Shown here in pieces: positions 23,368-35,603 of a DNA stretch of 64,000 nucleotides. The stretch is from Phyllobates terribilis (taxonomy: Eukaryota): the NCBI RefSeq assembly GCF_046119375.1, contig NW_027362762.1, positions 341,620,001 through 341,684,000 on the forward strand, given 5' to 3'. The position numbers and the translations under genes are program-made. The notes under the pieces are model-generated. The model was not told the DNA's origin. It ran no database searches and saw only the letters and a program-made list of their open reading frames with translations. Within the stretch, counting starts at the first letter, position 1, and every line of letters begins with the position of its first letter.

Positions 23368-23818
23368 AATAGTACAAAGGACTGTATATAGTTACCTGTC
23401 GGGGTACCCAAGTAACCGTGGCTGCTTTAAAGTTTAGTCCCCGTTGGGACCAGTGAACTGTTTACCTGTGTGACCCCTTCCATACCAGGCTGAGGACTGT
23501 GAGCAGCCATCCCTTTCCCTTTACCTGGCCGGGGACTGAGAACGGCCAAAATTTCCCTGTATATAGTTGCGCTTCCTAAAGCGCCCCCTACCGGTTTTAT
23601 AGGAGAAACCATTTTTCTAGAAAGACTGTCGCACTTTTCCCGGACACACGTTGCACAGTGTCCGGAGGAGGAACCTGAAACCAGAGAAGTCTACGAGAAT
23701 GTTTATATAGAAAAAAGTTTTATATATATATAATGTTTATATGTTTTATATGTTCATATAAAAATTTTGTATGTTTTGGTGTTTTGTCTTACAGCCCGAG
23801 GACGTGCTGTGGTTTACC

Positions 23819-23827
23819 AGGGGGGAA
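23819..23827 (+). promoter_or_regulatory. Polypurine tract
   Basis: AGGGGGGAA abutting the 3' LTR TG. Confidence 0.75.
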
Positions 23828-26237
23828 TGTAGCACCCTGAGGATTCGGCTGCTACAGGGGTATTGCACCTCAACCCAGAGGTGTGATATTCCACTCCCGG
23901 GTAAGGATGGAGTGTGGATCTGAGCTCAGATAGACTGCATGCACTACATACATCCCATTCCAGAGGAGCAGGCCGACGGTACTCCCACTTAGAAATGTGC
24001 AGGTACAACCGAGCCTGTTCCTGGCTGGAGTGGGAGGGGGGTGGTACATCCCATGTAGTGTAGGGGCAGAAAGGGGGAGCAGTCTGGGTAGTGATAGGAG
24101 CTCATTGGGTGCTGGTCACCTGAGCTCACACATAGAGGGTGTATATAAGGTGGGCACCATCAAAGATCAGGGTCAGACGCAGAGAGGAAGTCAGATGCAG
24201 AGGACAAGCCTGCAGCAAGAGAGAGAAAGAAACAACAGCCCTGGAGAGAGAGTGGAGTGCAGAAAGACCCAGAGGGGGACAAAGAAGGGACCCAAGAACC
24301 CAAATAAGAACACCGGGTGAGGAGTCAGCAGAAGGGTACCGGAACCCAAGCTGGTGGGGGCAAAGACATTCCCCAGCCAGAGACCGGAGACCGTGGGCAG
24401 TGTCTGTCACGGTCACCCACTACATTCACCCTGAAGGCACACCACATGGAGGGTCAGGGAACCTTAGGCCAAAGGTTGCCCAACAGAAGGCCCGAGGGAG
24501 CTGGATTTAGGTGAATCACTGGTGGGGACGGCTGAAGAAAGGACAGAGGGAGAGCTCAGGGCCACGCTCCGGACTTGTTTGGGGGTTGGCTGGATCCAGG
24601 ACCTGGTGGACGCAGCACGGCTCGGGAGGTCACTTGGAGCTAGAGTGACCAGGAACATCTGCAGTAAGTAAAGACCCTTAACTGCACAACCCGAGTCTGT
24701 CATCATTACCGGCTGCACCGCACCACCACAACCCCCATCCTCTGCGCCTGTCCCCTCTGAGGCTATACCCCTCCCGTTGGGGGTTATCCCACCAAGCTGT
24801 GCACCCACCATCAGCCTCAGCGGACCCTGCAGCAGCGGCGGCCACAGTGACCGCATCACAACGGGTGGCGTAGTCGACACAACGAACTTTAATAACATCA
24901 GTAAGGACTGCCACATAACACTGAGCTTGACGCCCTGGGCACGGGACCGGGTCACAGCCGCTCGGAGACTACAACCCCCCCCCCATCTGATCCGGTGCCG
25001 GGTATTCCCCTCAAAAAGGAATATGTCCCAGGGGGCGCGTCACTGGGAGTTGTTGTTGCTATCAGTCTTTATCAGATTGCGGACCATACAGGAGCCACAG
25101 CACTGATGAGACACAGGCAGGATCCCAAATAAAATTTGACAATCCAGGTATCTTACAAGTGACATCTTCCGTGATTGGAGTCGTTCTCTTTCTCTTCGTC
25201 TCCATCTTGTCTAGACACCATGTTGACTTCTATCCACAGATCGTCTCTACCGACTTCCATCCTGTCGGGTTTTCTTCAACACATCCTGCCATGATGCCCT
25301 TAAAAAATAAGAGTGTTATTAAACTATTATTAAAAACATCTGTCTATACTCTGCCCTAAATAAGCCTCTTATTGTATATGGCCTCCACACTCTCTGCCCT
25401 TATGAGATATAAACCCACCACAGTGATTAGTGACTGTGCTTACAGCTCCATGCTCATGTGTGGATGAGAAATATGATCCTACACCAACCAGACAGCATGG
25501 AGCTCAGGCATCATAGTCACTAAACTACTGATTCTAATCAGTAACTCCTGCAGAAGCTGGCAGGCAGCAATTTGCATTCTCGGCAATCCTCATCTTTACT
25601 GAAGAGTCCCTGGGTCCCTATGTGCAGACGCCGCTCAGCATAGGCTGGAGGAGGGGAGCTGAAGGTTGTAAGTGGCTGAGGAGAGGACGAGCGGGAGGAG
25701 GAGCAGCCTGCATGCATGGCCTTGAGGCCGGCGTGTCAACGCTGTGGAGCTACAGCGCGTGGCACTGGTTTTGAATTTGAACCGAGGCACAGGCTCGTCA
25801 GCGACTGACATCGCTCACCACAGTGCCTGTGCCCCGGCTGTCGGGGTGCTGAATGCTTGCGGCCAGAAGAAGGTGCCTGGTGGTGGGAGGAAGTTGCCTG
25901 GCGGCCACAGGCATTCAGCAATGTCAGTTTGTTTTTTGTTTTTTTTTACACTGCACCCCCCTCAGGGAGGCAAGAGTTAGTGCCCTAGGCAGGTGCCTTC
26001 CCTGGCGGCGTACCCCTCATCTCGACCCTGCTAAGGGATATAACGCAAGGCACAAAGTCTGAATGGCAGCCCTATGGTTCTGCATCATCAAGTTGTGGGT
26101 ATTTTGTAAGCAGTGTATTATGGCCTCATAAACTTCTATGGGTGCCATAAGAAGAATCTGTACAGTACAGAGCCCATAGCCATAAAGGCACATACAAACA
26201 ACATCACTGCCCACTTTGCTTGATTTTTAACATGATA

Positions 26238-26678
26238 AAGAGGCCCTTTCACTGATTTTTTTTTTTTTATTTAAACTGAACACCTCCTCCAACAGGCGCA
26301 GCTCCAATTATTGTGGATTGATCAGTTTTTCTATTTTTATGTGCCCCTCTGTTCCAAAGTTATGCCCTCTAGTAGTAAAAGTACAAGTTTTCCCTTTTAC
26401 AACCTGGCCACATATTATAGAACTTCTCTGTGGGCGTTTGCTCCTCTGATAATGGCCAATCAAAACATAGCCGTGGCCACAGAGAAGTGCTGTGATATAA
26501 ATAATACGGCCAGCTGGTTGAATGGAAAATTTACACCACTATTGCCAGTGGGGGACGGACATAAATTTGGAATGGAGGGGCACAGATGAAAAATAAAACT
26601 GTTCTAGCATCAGAGGAACAGCAGCAAATGGAGGCGTTATTCAGTTTAAATGAAAAAAAAAAACAGTGAAAAGTTCTC
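26238..26678. mobile_element. T2/Kolobok-type palindromic MITE
   Basis: TAAAGAGGCCCTTTCACTG...TTTAAACTGAA vs TTCAGTTTAAA...CAGTGAAAAGTTCTCTTAA. Confidence 0.6.
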
Positions 26679-26714
26679 TTAATGAGTGTGACGTATCATT
26701 TCTGTCATAAGACA

Positions 26715-28096
26715 TTCATGATGGGCACAGAACAATCACTAATAGATCAATCTGTCCCCATACAGTATCATGTTATCAGCAGCACATCTGCAGTTTTCAC
26801 CGGGTGATGTGCTACTGAGAACAAGGATGTTTGTTCCAGCATTAACAATCCAATCAATCGATGAATAGACAGCATTTTGCAAGTTTAGTATAATGCACTT
26901 TCACAGTCCTCCACATAGTATAAAGCACTCCCCATAGTCCTCCATACAGTATAATGCTCTACCCATATTCCTCTATATAGTATAATGCACTCCCACAGTC
27001 CTCCATATAGTATAATGCACTCCCCATAGTCCTCCATACAGTATAATGCACTCCCCATATTCCTCCAAATAGTATAATGCACTCCCCATAGTCTTCCATA
27101 CAGTATAATGCACTCCCCATATTCCTCCATATAGTATAATGCGCTCCCATAGTCCTCCATATAGTATAATGCACTCCCCATAGTCTTCCATACAGTATAA
27201 TGCACTCCCCATATTCCTCCATATAGTATAATGCACTCCCAATATTCCTCCATATAGTATAATGCACTCCCCATATTCCTCCATATAGTATAATGCACTC
27301 CCCATATTCCTCCATAGAGTATAATGCACTCCCCATAGTCCTCCATACAGTATAATGCTCTACCCATATTCCTCTATATAGTATAATGCACTCCCACAGT
27401 CCTCCATATAGTATAATGCACTCCCCATAGTCCTCCATACAGTATAATGCACTCCCCATATTCCTCCAAATAGTATAATGCACTCCCCATAGTCTTCCAT
27501 ACAGTATAATGCACTCCCCATATTCCTCCATATAGTATAATGCACTCCCATAGTCCTCCATATAGTATAATGCACTCCCCGTAGTCTTCCATACAGTATA
27601 ATGCACTCCCCATATTCCTCCATATAGTATAATGCACTCCCAATATTCCTCCATATAGTATAATGCACTTCCCATATTCCTCCATATAGTATAATGCACT
27701 CCCCATATACCTCCATAGAGTATAATGCACTCCCCATAGTCCTCCATACAGTATAATGCACTCCCCATAGTCTTCCATACAGTACTCCCCATAGTACTTC
27801 ATACAGTATAATACACTCCCCATAGTCTTCCATACAGTACTACCCATAGTCTTCCATACAGTATAATGCACTCCCCATAGTCTTCCATACAGTATAATGC
27901 ACTCCCCATAGTCTTCCATACTGTACTCCCCATAGTACTCCATACAGTATAATGCACTCCCCAAAGTCTTCCATACAGTACTCCCCATAGTACTTCATAC
28001 AGTATAATGCACTCCCCATATTCCTCCATATAGTATAATGCACTCCCCATATTCCTCCATATAGTATAATGCACCCCTCATATTCCTCCATATAGT
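26715..28096 (-). repeat. 31-bp minisatellite array (about 26890-28096) with its unique subterminal flank; same family as 39369-41204, inverted
   Basis: Unit TAGTATAATGCACTCCCCATATTCCTCCATA with shorter variants; 26715-26890 is the reverse complement of about 40835-41010. Confidence 0.9.
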
Positions 28097-28465
28097 AACA
28101 TAGTAACATAGTTTTTAAGGTTGAAGGAAGACTAAGTCCATCTTGTTCAACCCATAGCCTAACATGTTGATCCAGAGGCAAAAAAAAACATGTGGCAAAC
28201 ACTAAGCTCCACGTTGGGGAAAAAAAATTCCTTCCTGACTCCATACGACAATCAGACTAGTTCCCTGGATCAATGCCCTATCAAGGAATCTAGTATATAT
28301 AACCTGCAATATTATACTTTTCAAGAAAGGCATCCATGCCCTTCTTAAATTTTAGTAGTGAATCACTCATTACAACATCATGTGGCAGAGAGTTCCATAG
28401 TCTCACTGCTCTTACAGTAAAGAATCCGCATCTGAGATTATGATTAAACCTTTTTTCCTACAGAC
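28090..28465 (-). mobile_element. CR1 LINE 3' end
   Basis: (GTAACATA)n tail; minus-strand FFTVRAVRLWNSLPHDVV-type ORF2 C-terminus. Confidence 0.8.
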
Positions 28466-29319
28466 ATAGAAGATGCCCCCTTGCATAGGCGGATTATAAT
28501 GAGGACGATCTGGGCTACCTCCCGGGGCCCCAGGCTCCGGCAGGGTCCACAGCCAGATAGCCCTCATTATAATGTTTTCTGGAGAGGCAGGGGCAGGGGG
28601 ACCGCACATTACCATTAGACGCCGGCCGCATCAGGGAGACAGACACGCCCCTTGCACGCTGTGGCTGTGTCTCCAGGACTGACGTCACACAGCAGCACCT
28701 GGAGCTTCTTCACTTCATCCTGCTGGAGAGGAGCTCGTGCATCAGTGGATGGCGGTAAATACAAGGTCGAGGTCGGGCCCTGGGCAGGATGTCTGGAGTG
28801 AGGAGGGGGCTGCAGGACGCTGCCCCCCTCCTGATGAGTTCACATGGATCCCTTAGTGTCAGGTCGGCGGGCCGCTCTGCTGGGGCCCTGTATGACTTAT
28901 GGCCGGAGTCTGACCTTTGCTGCAGATCAGGTCACTCTGGGTCATCGGCTCCAGAGTCACCAGATCTGCAGGAAAATTCAGAGTCCTGCAATAAATCACA
29001 CTGAGCCCCTGCAGAGCGACCACAGACATCAGCAGAGCGGATCCTGCACTGACTGATCAACCCTGAACCTACAGGACGTCACATACTATACTGCTCCATA
29101 TATAATATGTGAGGTCCTGTAGGCAGGTCCAAGTGTGATCAGTACAGTGTATACCCATGTACAAAAAATGTCATCCAGTATATTGATTACTGTATAGTAT
29201 ACTGTGGTACAGACATCAGATGGGATATAACAATGTGTATAGCATATAACATCTAATGTCTGTATCACAGTATATCATACTAGCTATTGAACCTGTTCTA
29301 CGCCCGGGTGGCGAGCTTT

Positions 29320-30050
29320 TTTATTGGTATATGCTCTCCCATCCTGGCCCCGTATCCCGGTATATGCTCCCCCATCCTGGTATATGCTTCCCCATACTGG
29401 TCCCTCATCCTGGTATATGCTTCCCCATCCTGCTCCCCCATCCTGGTATATGCTCCCCCATCCTGGTATATGCTTCCCCATCCTGGTCCCCCATCCTGGT
29501 ATATGATTCCCCCATCCTGGTATATGCTTCCCCATCCTGGTATATGCTCCGCCCATCCTGGTATATGCTCCCCCATCCTGGTATATGCTTCCCTATCCTG
29601 GTCCCCCATCTTGATATATTCTACCCCATCCTGGTATATGCTCCCCCATCCTGGTCTGACATCCTGGTGTATGCTTCCCCATCCTGGTATATGCTCCCCC
29701 ATCCTGGTCCCCCATCCTGGTATATGCTCCCCCATCCTGGTGTATGCTTCCCCATCCTGGTATATGCTCCCTCATCCTGGTCCCCCATCCTGGTGTATGC
29801 TTCCCCATCCTGGTGTATGCTCCCCCATCCTGGTGTATGCTCCCCCATCCTGGTGTATGCTTCCCCATCCTGGTGTATGCTCCTTCATCCTGGTCCATGC
29901 TTCCCCCCCATTATGGTATATGCATCTCTCCATCGTGGTCCATGCTTCTCCCCATCCAGGTATATGCTCCCCCATCCTGGTATATGCTCCCCCATCCTGA
30001 TCCATGCTTCCCCCCATCCTGGTATATGCTCCCCCCCTCACTTTGGTCCA
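29320..30050. repeat. Minisatellite, 19-20-bp unit (CCCCATCCTGGTATATGCT, with shorter variants)
   Basis: Tandem copies directly visible; explains the stacked repetitive ORFs. Confidence 0.9.
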
Positions 30051-30140
30051 TGCTCCACATGTTCGCATAGCGCAATATCTGGTTTCATTTGAATGAATAC
30101 AAATGTGCAGAGTGTATTCAATAAAATGGTGCCAAAGTAC

Positions 30141-31822
30141 TGTTAGAACCCTCCTGTTTGTTTTTGTTTCTATCTTGTGTTTTGCAGTCACGTGATCATC
30201 TTCCTATATATTCCAGCTCCGCCCTTCTGGCTTTGCTGGACTTCAGTGTTGTTTTGACTGTCTCTCTAGCCAGGTGCTTTTGTGCCTATCTATCTCTAGT
30301 TTGCTTGGTCCTCTGGGACCTCTAGTACTTTTTGTCAGTTTATCTTTTGCTCTGCAGCAACTTCTGTTAGGAGGTGTCCCATTTTTGTCTCAGTCCTTAG
30401 TTCCTTTAGGGACCCCTCCCTTTCTCTATAGGTCTCCGTTAAGACTAGCCGAGGACGAAGGCGGGTCTGTTCACAAGGAACAGGTAGCCCGCTACAACGT
30501 AGGGGCTCAGCTTAGTCTTACTGTAGGGACAGCTCTCCCCTTCTTTCCCAAGCCTATGTTGCAGATCATAACAGTAAGTCCAGCCCAAACAAAAACTTTA
30601 AGGAAAGAAATCCGGGGATCAGTATGGTTTCTGTTCAAGATTTGGCTCAACGCCTGCAGGGATGGTCTCTGGAGGTGTCCGAGCTCCGGCAACAGGTGAG
30701 TAGCTGTTCTGTAGCGCATTTTGTGGAACCGAAGGTAGGACTGCCTGATATTTTTTATGGTAAACAACAAGATTTTTTTTCCTTTAAAATTGCTTGTTTT
30801 TTATATTTTCGTTTGAGACCAAGGTCCTCTGGGAATGAATCTCAGCGCATTGGGTTTATCATGTCACTTTTGCGCAAGGAACCACAGGGGTGGGCCTTTT
30901 ATCTCCAACCTAATGATCCGTGTTTTAGGTCAGTGGAGGATTTTTTTTCTGCTATGGGGCTATTGTACGACGATCCTGATCGAGTCTCATCTGCTGAGAC
31001 AGAACTGAGGCGTTTGAATCAGGGGTCAGGTGATGTTGAAAATTATTGTACACACTTCAGAAGGTGGTCCTCAGAAGTGAAATTGAATGATTCGGCGTTA
31101 AAATGTTTCTTTCTTGCTGGCCTAAGTGAAAGGGTTAAGGATCTGCTTATTGCATTCCCTGCACCTGAGACCTTGCAGGAAGCCATGCAATTAGCTATAC
31201 GTGTGGACAGGAGACTGCGTGCCTGGGTTAATTATGAAAAAATTCCTGCAATGGCAGCTCTTAGTCCCCAGAGGGTCTGCTCGGATGGCGGAGAACCGAT
31301 GGAGGTTGAGGCGATGTCACTCCGCTCTCAGGAAAGAGACCGCAGGTTTTCCAAGGGATTGTGTTTTTATTGTGGTAAACCTGACCATTTGATTAAGAAC
31401 TGTGAGCTTCGTTTAAGTAAAGAAAAAAAAAAGGTCAGTTACGCCCGTATTGCTTGTTTGAGCTCTAAGGGAGTATTTCTTTCAGGGAGTACCTCATTGC
31501 GAGAAGATTTGATTGAATTTCGGGTATTTGTGGATTACTCACAAGGTTGCGGCATTTCCCCTCACTATCAATGGTACTTTTTGTCAGTTTATCTTTTGCT
31601 CTGCAGCAACTTCTGTTAGGAGGTGTCCCATTTTTGTCCCAGTCCTTAGTTTCTTTAGGGACCCCTCCCTTTCTCTATAGGTCTCCGTTCAGACTAGCCA
31701 AGGACGAAGGCGGGTCTGTTCACAAGGAACAGGTAGCCCGCTACAACGTAGGGGCTCAGTTTAGTCTTACTGTAGGGACAGCTCTCCCCTTCTTTTCTTA
31801 GCCTATGTTGCAGATCATAACA
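30141..31822 (+). mobile_element. Internally deleted sushi-type Gypsy element: 5' LTR 30141-30573, gag, partial 3' LTR 31574-31822
   Basis: TGTTAG...ATAACA LTR; 31574-31822 repeats 30324-30573 with roughly 3 percent differences; pol absent; TSD not found. Confidence 0.85.
30624..31619 (+). CDS. gag: Sushi-type Gag with CCHC zinc knuckle, fused to LTR sequence after the deletion
   Basis: LPDIFYG, LNQGSGDVENYCTHFRRW, EPMEV, CFYCGKPDHLIKNC (31362-31403); VFVD marks the truncated protease start. Confidence 0.8.
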   Translation: MVSVQDLAQRLQGWSLEVSELRQQVSSCSVAHFVEPKVGLPDIFYGKQQDFFSFKIACFLYFRLRPRSSGNESQRIGFIMSLLRKEPQGWAFYLQPNDPCFRSVEDFFSAMGLLYDDPDRVSSAETELRRLNQGSGDVENYCTHFRRWSSEVKLNDSALKCFFLAGLSERVKDLLIAFPAPETLQEAMQLAIRVDRRLRAWVNYEKIPAMAALSPQRVCSDGGEPMEVEAMSLRSQERDRRFSKGLCFYCGKPDHLIKNCELRLSKEKKKVSYARIACLSSKGVFLSGSTSLREDLIEFRVFVDYSQGCGISPHYQWYFLSVYLLLCSNFC

Positions 31823-32124
31823 AGAAAGCGCATGCGCATACCACGCTGTCCATTTTGTCGAAGACACTGTTCATATTTGTCTTCACTAAAATAGCGCCGG
31901 AAATCGGCGCCTGTGCCACACTCCTCCCCTGGCCTCTCCAGAGATGACAGGACCGAACACGTATGTGTTTATGGTGCCGGAGATCGCGGTATGCGCTCAG
32001 TGCTTATGCATACCGCGATCTCCGGCACCACACTCCTCATCCCTGTCTGGGATGTGGATGTGTCTTTCTGTCTGTGGCCAGACTGCGCAGGTATTGCGCT
32101 TGCACAATCTATAGAGGCTTCTAT

Positions 32125-34037
32125 ATAATAATATAATAATAATAATAGTTAATTTTTATAGCGCCAACATATTCCGCAGCACTTTACAAATTTTAGGGGG
32201 GACTTATACAGACAATACAGAATAAGCATATCTCATATCGAAAGGAGTGAGGGCCCTGCTCGCGAGCTTACAGTCTATGAGGAAGTGGGGGAGACACAAA
32301 AGGTAAAAAGTACATATATTGTATAATGCAGCCTTGATATACTGAATAGGATAAATAATAATACATGAACTGGTCGCCAGCCAGTATGTGTGCAGTCCTG
32401 ACAGAGGCTTTTATGTGCATGGTTGGTTTGAACCCGAAGTTGAAGAAGATTTTAATATGGGGGAAACCTGGGATGGACACAGTGTGTTTAGGTGATACGC
32501 CAGTCTAAAGAAATGTGTTTTTAGGGTTCGCTTGAAACTGTGGGTATTGGGAATTAATCGAACTGTCCTGGGTAGTGCATTCCAGAGAATTGGCGCAGCA
32601 CGCGAGAAATCTTGGAGACGGGAGTGGGAAGTTCGGATTATGGAGGATTTTAGTTTCAAGTCATTTGCAGAACGCAGGGCACGTGTAGGGTGGTAGACTG
32701 AGACGAGGGAGGAGATGTAGGGGGGTACTGAAGCATGGAGCGCTTTGTGGGTACGCGTGATAAGTTTAAAATGAACTCTATATTGGATGGGCAACCAATG
32801 CAATGACTGGCACAGGGAAGAGGCATCTGAGTAGCGGTTGGCGAGGAATATGATCCTGGCTGCTGCGTTCAGGACGGATTGGAGAGGGGAGAGTTTAGTA
32901 AGAGGGAGACCGATTAGTAGAGCGTTGCAATAGTCAAGACGAGAATGAATAAGAGCTACAGTAAGAGTTTTTGCCGAGTCAAAGGTGAGAAAAGTCCTGA
33001 TTCTTGAGATGTTTTTGAGGTGTAGATGACATGAACGAGCGAGTGATTTGATGTGAGGAGTGAAGGAAAGATCTGAATCAAAAATGACCCCAAGACAGCG
33101 GGCTTGTTGCTGGGGAGCAATGGTGGAGCCACAAACAGAAATGGCAATATCGGGCACAGGTAGGTTAGTGGAGGGAGGAAAGACGAGTAGTTCAGTTTTT
33201 GACAGATTCAGTTTTAGGTAGAGGGAGGACATAGTGTTAGACACAGCAGAAAGACAATCACTGGTCTTTTGTAATAATGCAGGGGTGATGTCCGGAGCAG
33301 AGGTGTATAATTGGGTGTCATCAGCATAGAGATGGTACTGAAAACCGAATCTACTGATTGTTTGTCCAATAGGAGCAGTGTATAAGGAGAAAAGAAGGGG
33401 GCCTAGGACTGATCCTTGAGGAACCCCGACAGTAAGAGGAAGTAGGGAGGAGGAGGAGCCGGCGAAAGACACAGAGAAGGAGCGGTCAGAGAGATAGGAG
33501 GAGAACCAGGAGAGAACAGTGTCCTTGAGGCCGATAGAGCGGAGCATAATGAGGAGGAGCTGGTGATCCACAGTGTCGAATGCTGCAGAGAGATCCAGGA
33601 GAATCAGCAGGGAGCAGTGACCATTAGATTTAGCTGTTAGCAGATCATTAGAGACTTTAGTGAGGGCAGTTTCAGTAGAATGTAAAGAGCGGAAACCAGA
33701 TTGTAAAGGGTCAAGAAGAGAGTTGTCTGAGAGATAGCGGATTAGACGGGAATGGACCAGGCGTTCCAGGAGTTTAGAGATAAAGGGAAGATTGGAAACA
33801 GGTCTGTAGTTGGCCGTGCAGTTCTGGTCGAGGGATGGTTTTTTAAGTAATGGTTGTATGCTGGCGTGTTTAAAAGAAGAGGGAAAGATACCAGATGAGA
33901 GGGAAAGGTTGAAAATTTTAGTTAGGTGAGTGGTGACAGCTGGAGCAAGGGACTGAAGGAGATGTGAGGGAATAGGATCGCTGGTGCAGGTGGTAGGGCG
34001 AGAAGATGCAAGGCTTCTGGCAGAAGGACACATCCCT
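32125..34037 (-). mobile_element. 5'-truncated L2-clade LINE with an open 540-aa RT segment (32411-34033)
   Basis: [46 protein letters not shown]; (TAA)n-type tail at about 32125-32150. Confidence 0.92.
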
Positions 34038-34249
34038 GATTATACTATAGATACCAGTCATGTATTGTCATATAAACTATACAGGGCCATACCTATGGGA
34101 ATCAGGGGGGGCATGTGACCTGGGTACAGCCGTCAGGGGGGTGCCTTCGGGCCACCTCATGTGGTGGTCAGAGGTGTCTCCCAGGTAGCGGCATTTTGCA
34201 TTCGACCATTCTCTGAACTGGCTATGGAACCAACAATCGATCAGAGGAG

Positions 34250-34530
34250 GGAGCTATGTACGGGCTCATATTGTATGTAGGGAGCTATGTGGGTGCTCAT
34301 ACTGTATATAGGGAGCTATGTGGGGCTCATACTGTATATAGGGAGCTATGTACGGGCTCATACTGTATATAGGGAGCTATGTGGGGGCTCATACTATATA
34401 TAGGAGGCTATGTGCGGGCTCATATTGTATATAGGGGCTATGCGGGATCTCATACTGTATCTAGGGAGCTATGTGGGGGCTCATACTGTATCTAGGGAGC
34501 TATGTGAGGGCTCATACTGTATATAGGGGG
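34250..34530. repeat. 31-bp minisatellite
   Basis: GGGAGCTATGTGGGGGCTCATACTGTATATA, about 9 copies. Confidence 0.85.
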
Positions 34531-34561
34531 ATGTCAGCATACTTAATTCTGCTCAATATTA

Positions 34562-35450
34562 AGGCTTTGTGCCCATGATGCGTTTAAGTGTTTCCGCAGC
34601 GGCAAAAACGCTGCAGAAACGCTTAAAAAACGCTTGGTAGAAGGTCTGCCATGTTCCTCAATGTAATCCGCATGTGCTGTGCACATGCTGTGGAAATTTC
34701 CGCTGCGGATTATCATTGCGGAAAAAAACGCAGCACTATTAATTATTTTGCGGAAGTGCTGCGTTTTCGCCGCCATTGACTTGCATTGGAACGCATGGAT
34801 TACGCATCACTGTATATGTAGATGCGGAATCCACACATTTCAATGTGCGGATGGTACCCAGGTCTAGAGGACAGGAGACTCTCCTCCGGACCCGGGTACC
34901 ATAGAAACTGTGAAAAAGATAAAATAAAAACTAAATGTTATATTTACCTTCTGGCGGCCCCCGGTGCACTCTTCCTCTCATGCCGGCAGATCGCGAAGGA
35001 CCTGCGCTGACGTCATAGTCATGTGACGGGTCACGCAATGCTGACGTCGGCAGGTCCTTCAGTGTACCGTGATCTCCTGACAAGGGAGAATGGAGAGAAG
35101 CAAGACTCCAGGGGCCATCAGAAGGTAAGTATAGATTTATTTTTTATTTTTCACCATTCTTTTCGTCACAGTATATAAATCCATGCCGTTTGCATGGATT
35201 TATATATTGTGACCAAGTTGATAAGCACTTTCCAAGTGATGCTAAAATCGCTTGGAAAGCGGTTGTCAACCCGCATGCGGAAATGCATGTGAAGAACGCT
35301 TCACATCCGCATGTCCCTGGCAGGAAAAACGCATGTACAATCCGCATGTACAATCCGCATGTACAATCCGCATGCGTTTTTTTCTGCCAGGGAGATGCAG
35401 AAACGCCCAGGAAAAATTCGGAGCATTTCTGCATCGTGGGCACATAGCCT
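34562..35450. mobile_element. Palindromic MITE (Harbinger-like termini)
   Basis: AGGCTTTGTGCCCATGATGC vs GCATCGTGGGCACATAGCCT; sits between the inverted TTAATTCTGCTCAATATT arms of an older repeat. Confidence 0.55.
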
Positions 35451-35603
35451 GAGTCATACAATTAATATATTTTTTTATTATTTTGTTAATATTATTAATA
35501 TTGAGCAGAATTAATTTCAGCCTATTGATTCACCTTCCACAACAGTCATCGTCTCTCATGTGGCCCCTCAAAGAAATTAATCTCCCACCGCTGCTCTACT
35601 ATA

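Larger units (their letters stand above)
20118..25042 (+). mobile_element. Young non-autonomous LTR retroelement (Gypsy-like hallmarks) encoding a cold-shock-domain protein
   Basis: LTRs 20118-21332 and 23828-25042 (1215 bp, TG...CA, no difference seen; all six ORF-track translations lying wholly within the LTR are identical in both copies); 4-bp TSD CTGG; PBS and PPT present; no gag CCHC, protease, RT or integrase motifs. Confidence 0.95.

Noticed and set aside
26890-28096. CRISPR-like array (31-36-bp repeats here and at 48288-49143)
   Set aside because: Head-to-tail units with no unique spacers, no cas genes, eukaryotic context.
26885-30191. Stacked MEEYGECIILYGG and MLPHPG-type ORFs (also 39952-40843)
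   Set aside because: Artefacts of minisatellites lacking stops in some frames.
30136-31827. TSD for the gag-only element
   Set aside because: Flanks AGTAC and AGAAA do not match, so the outer boundaries or a single-insertion origin are unproven.
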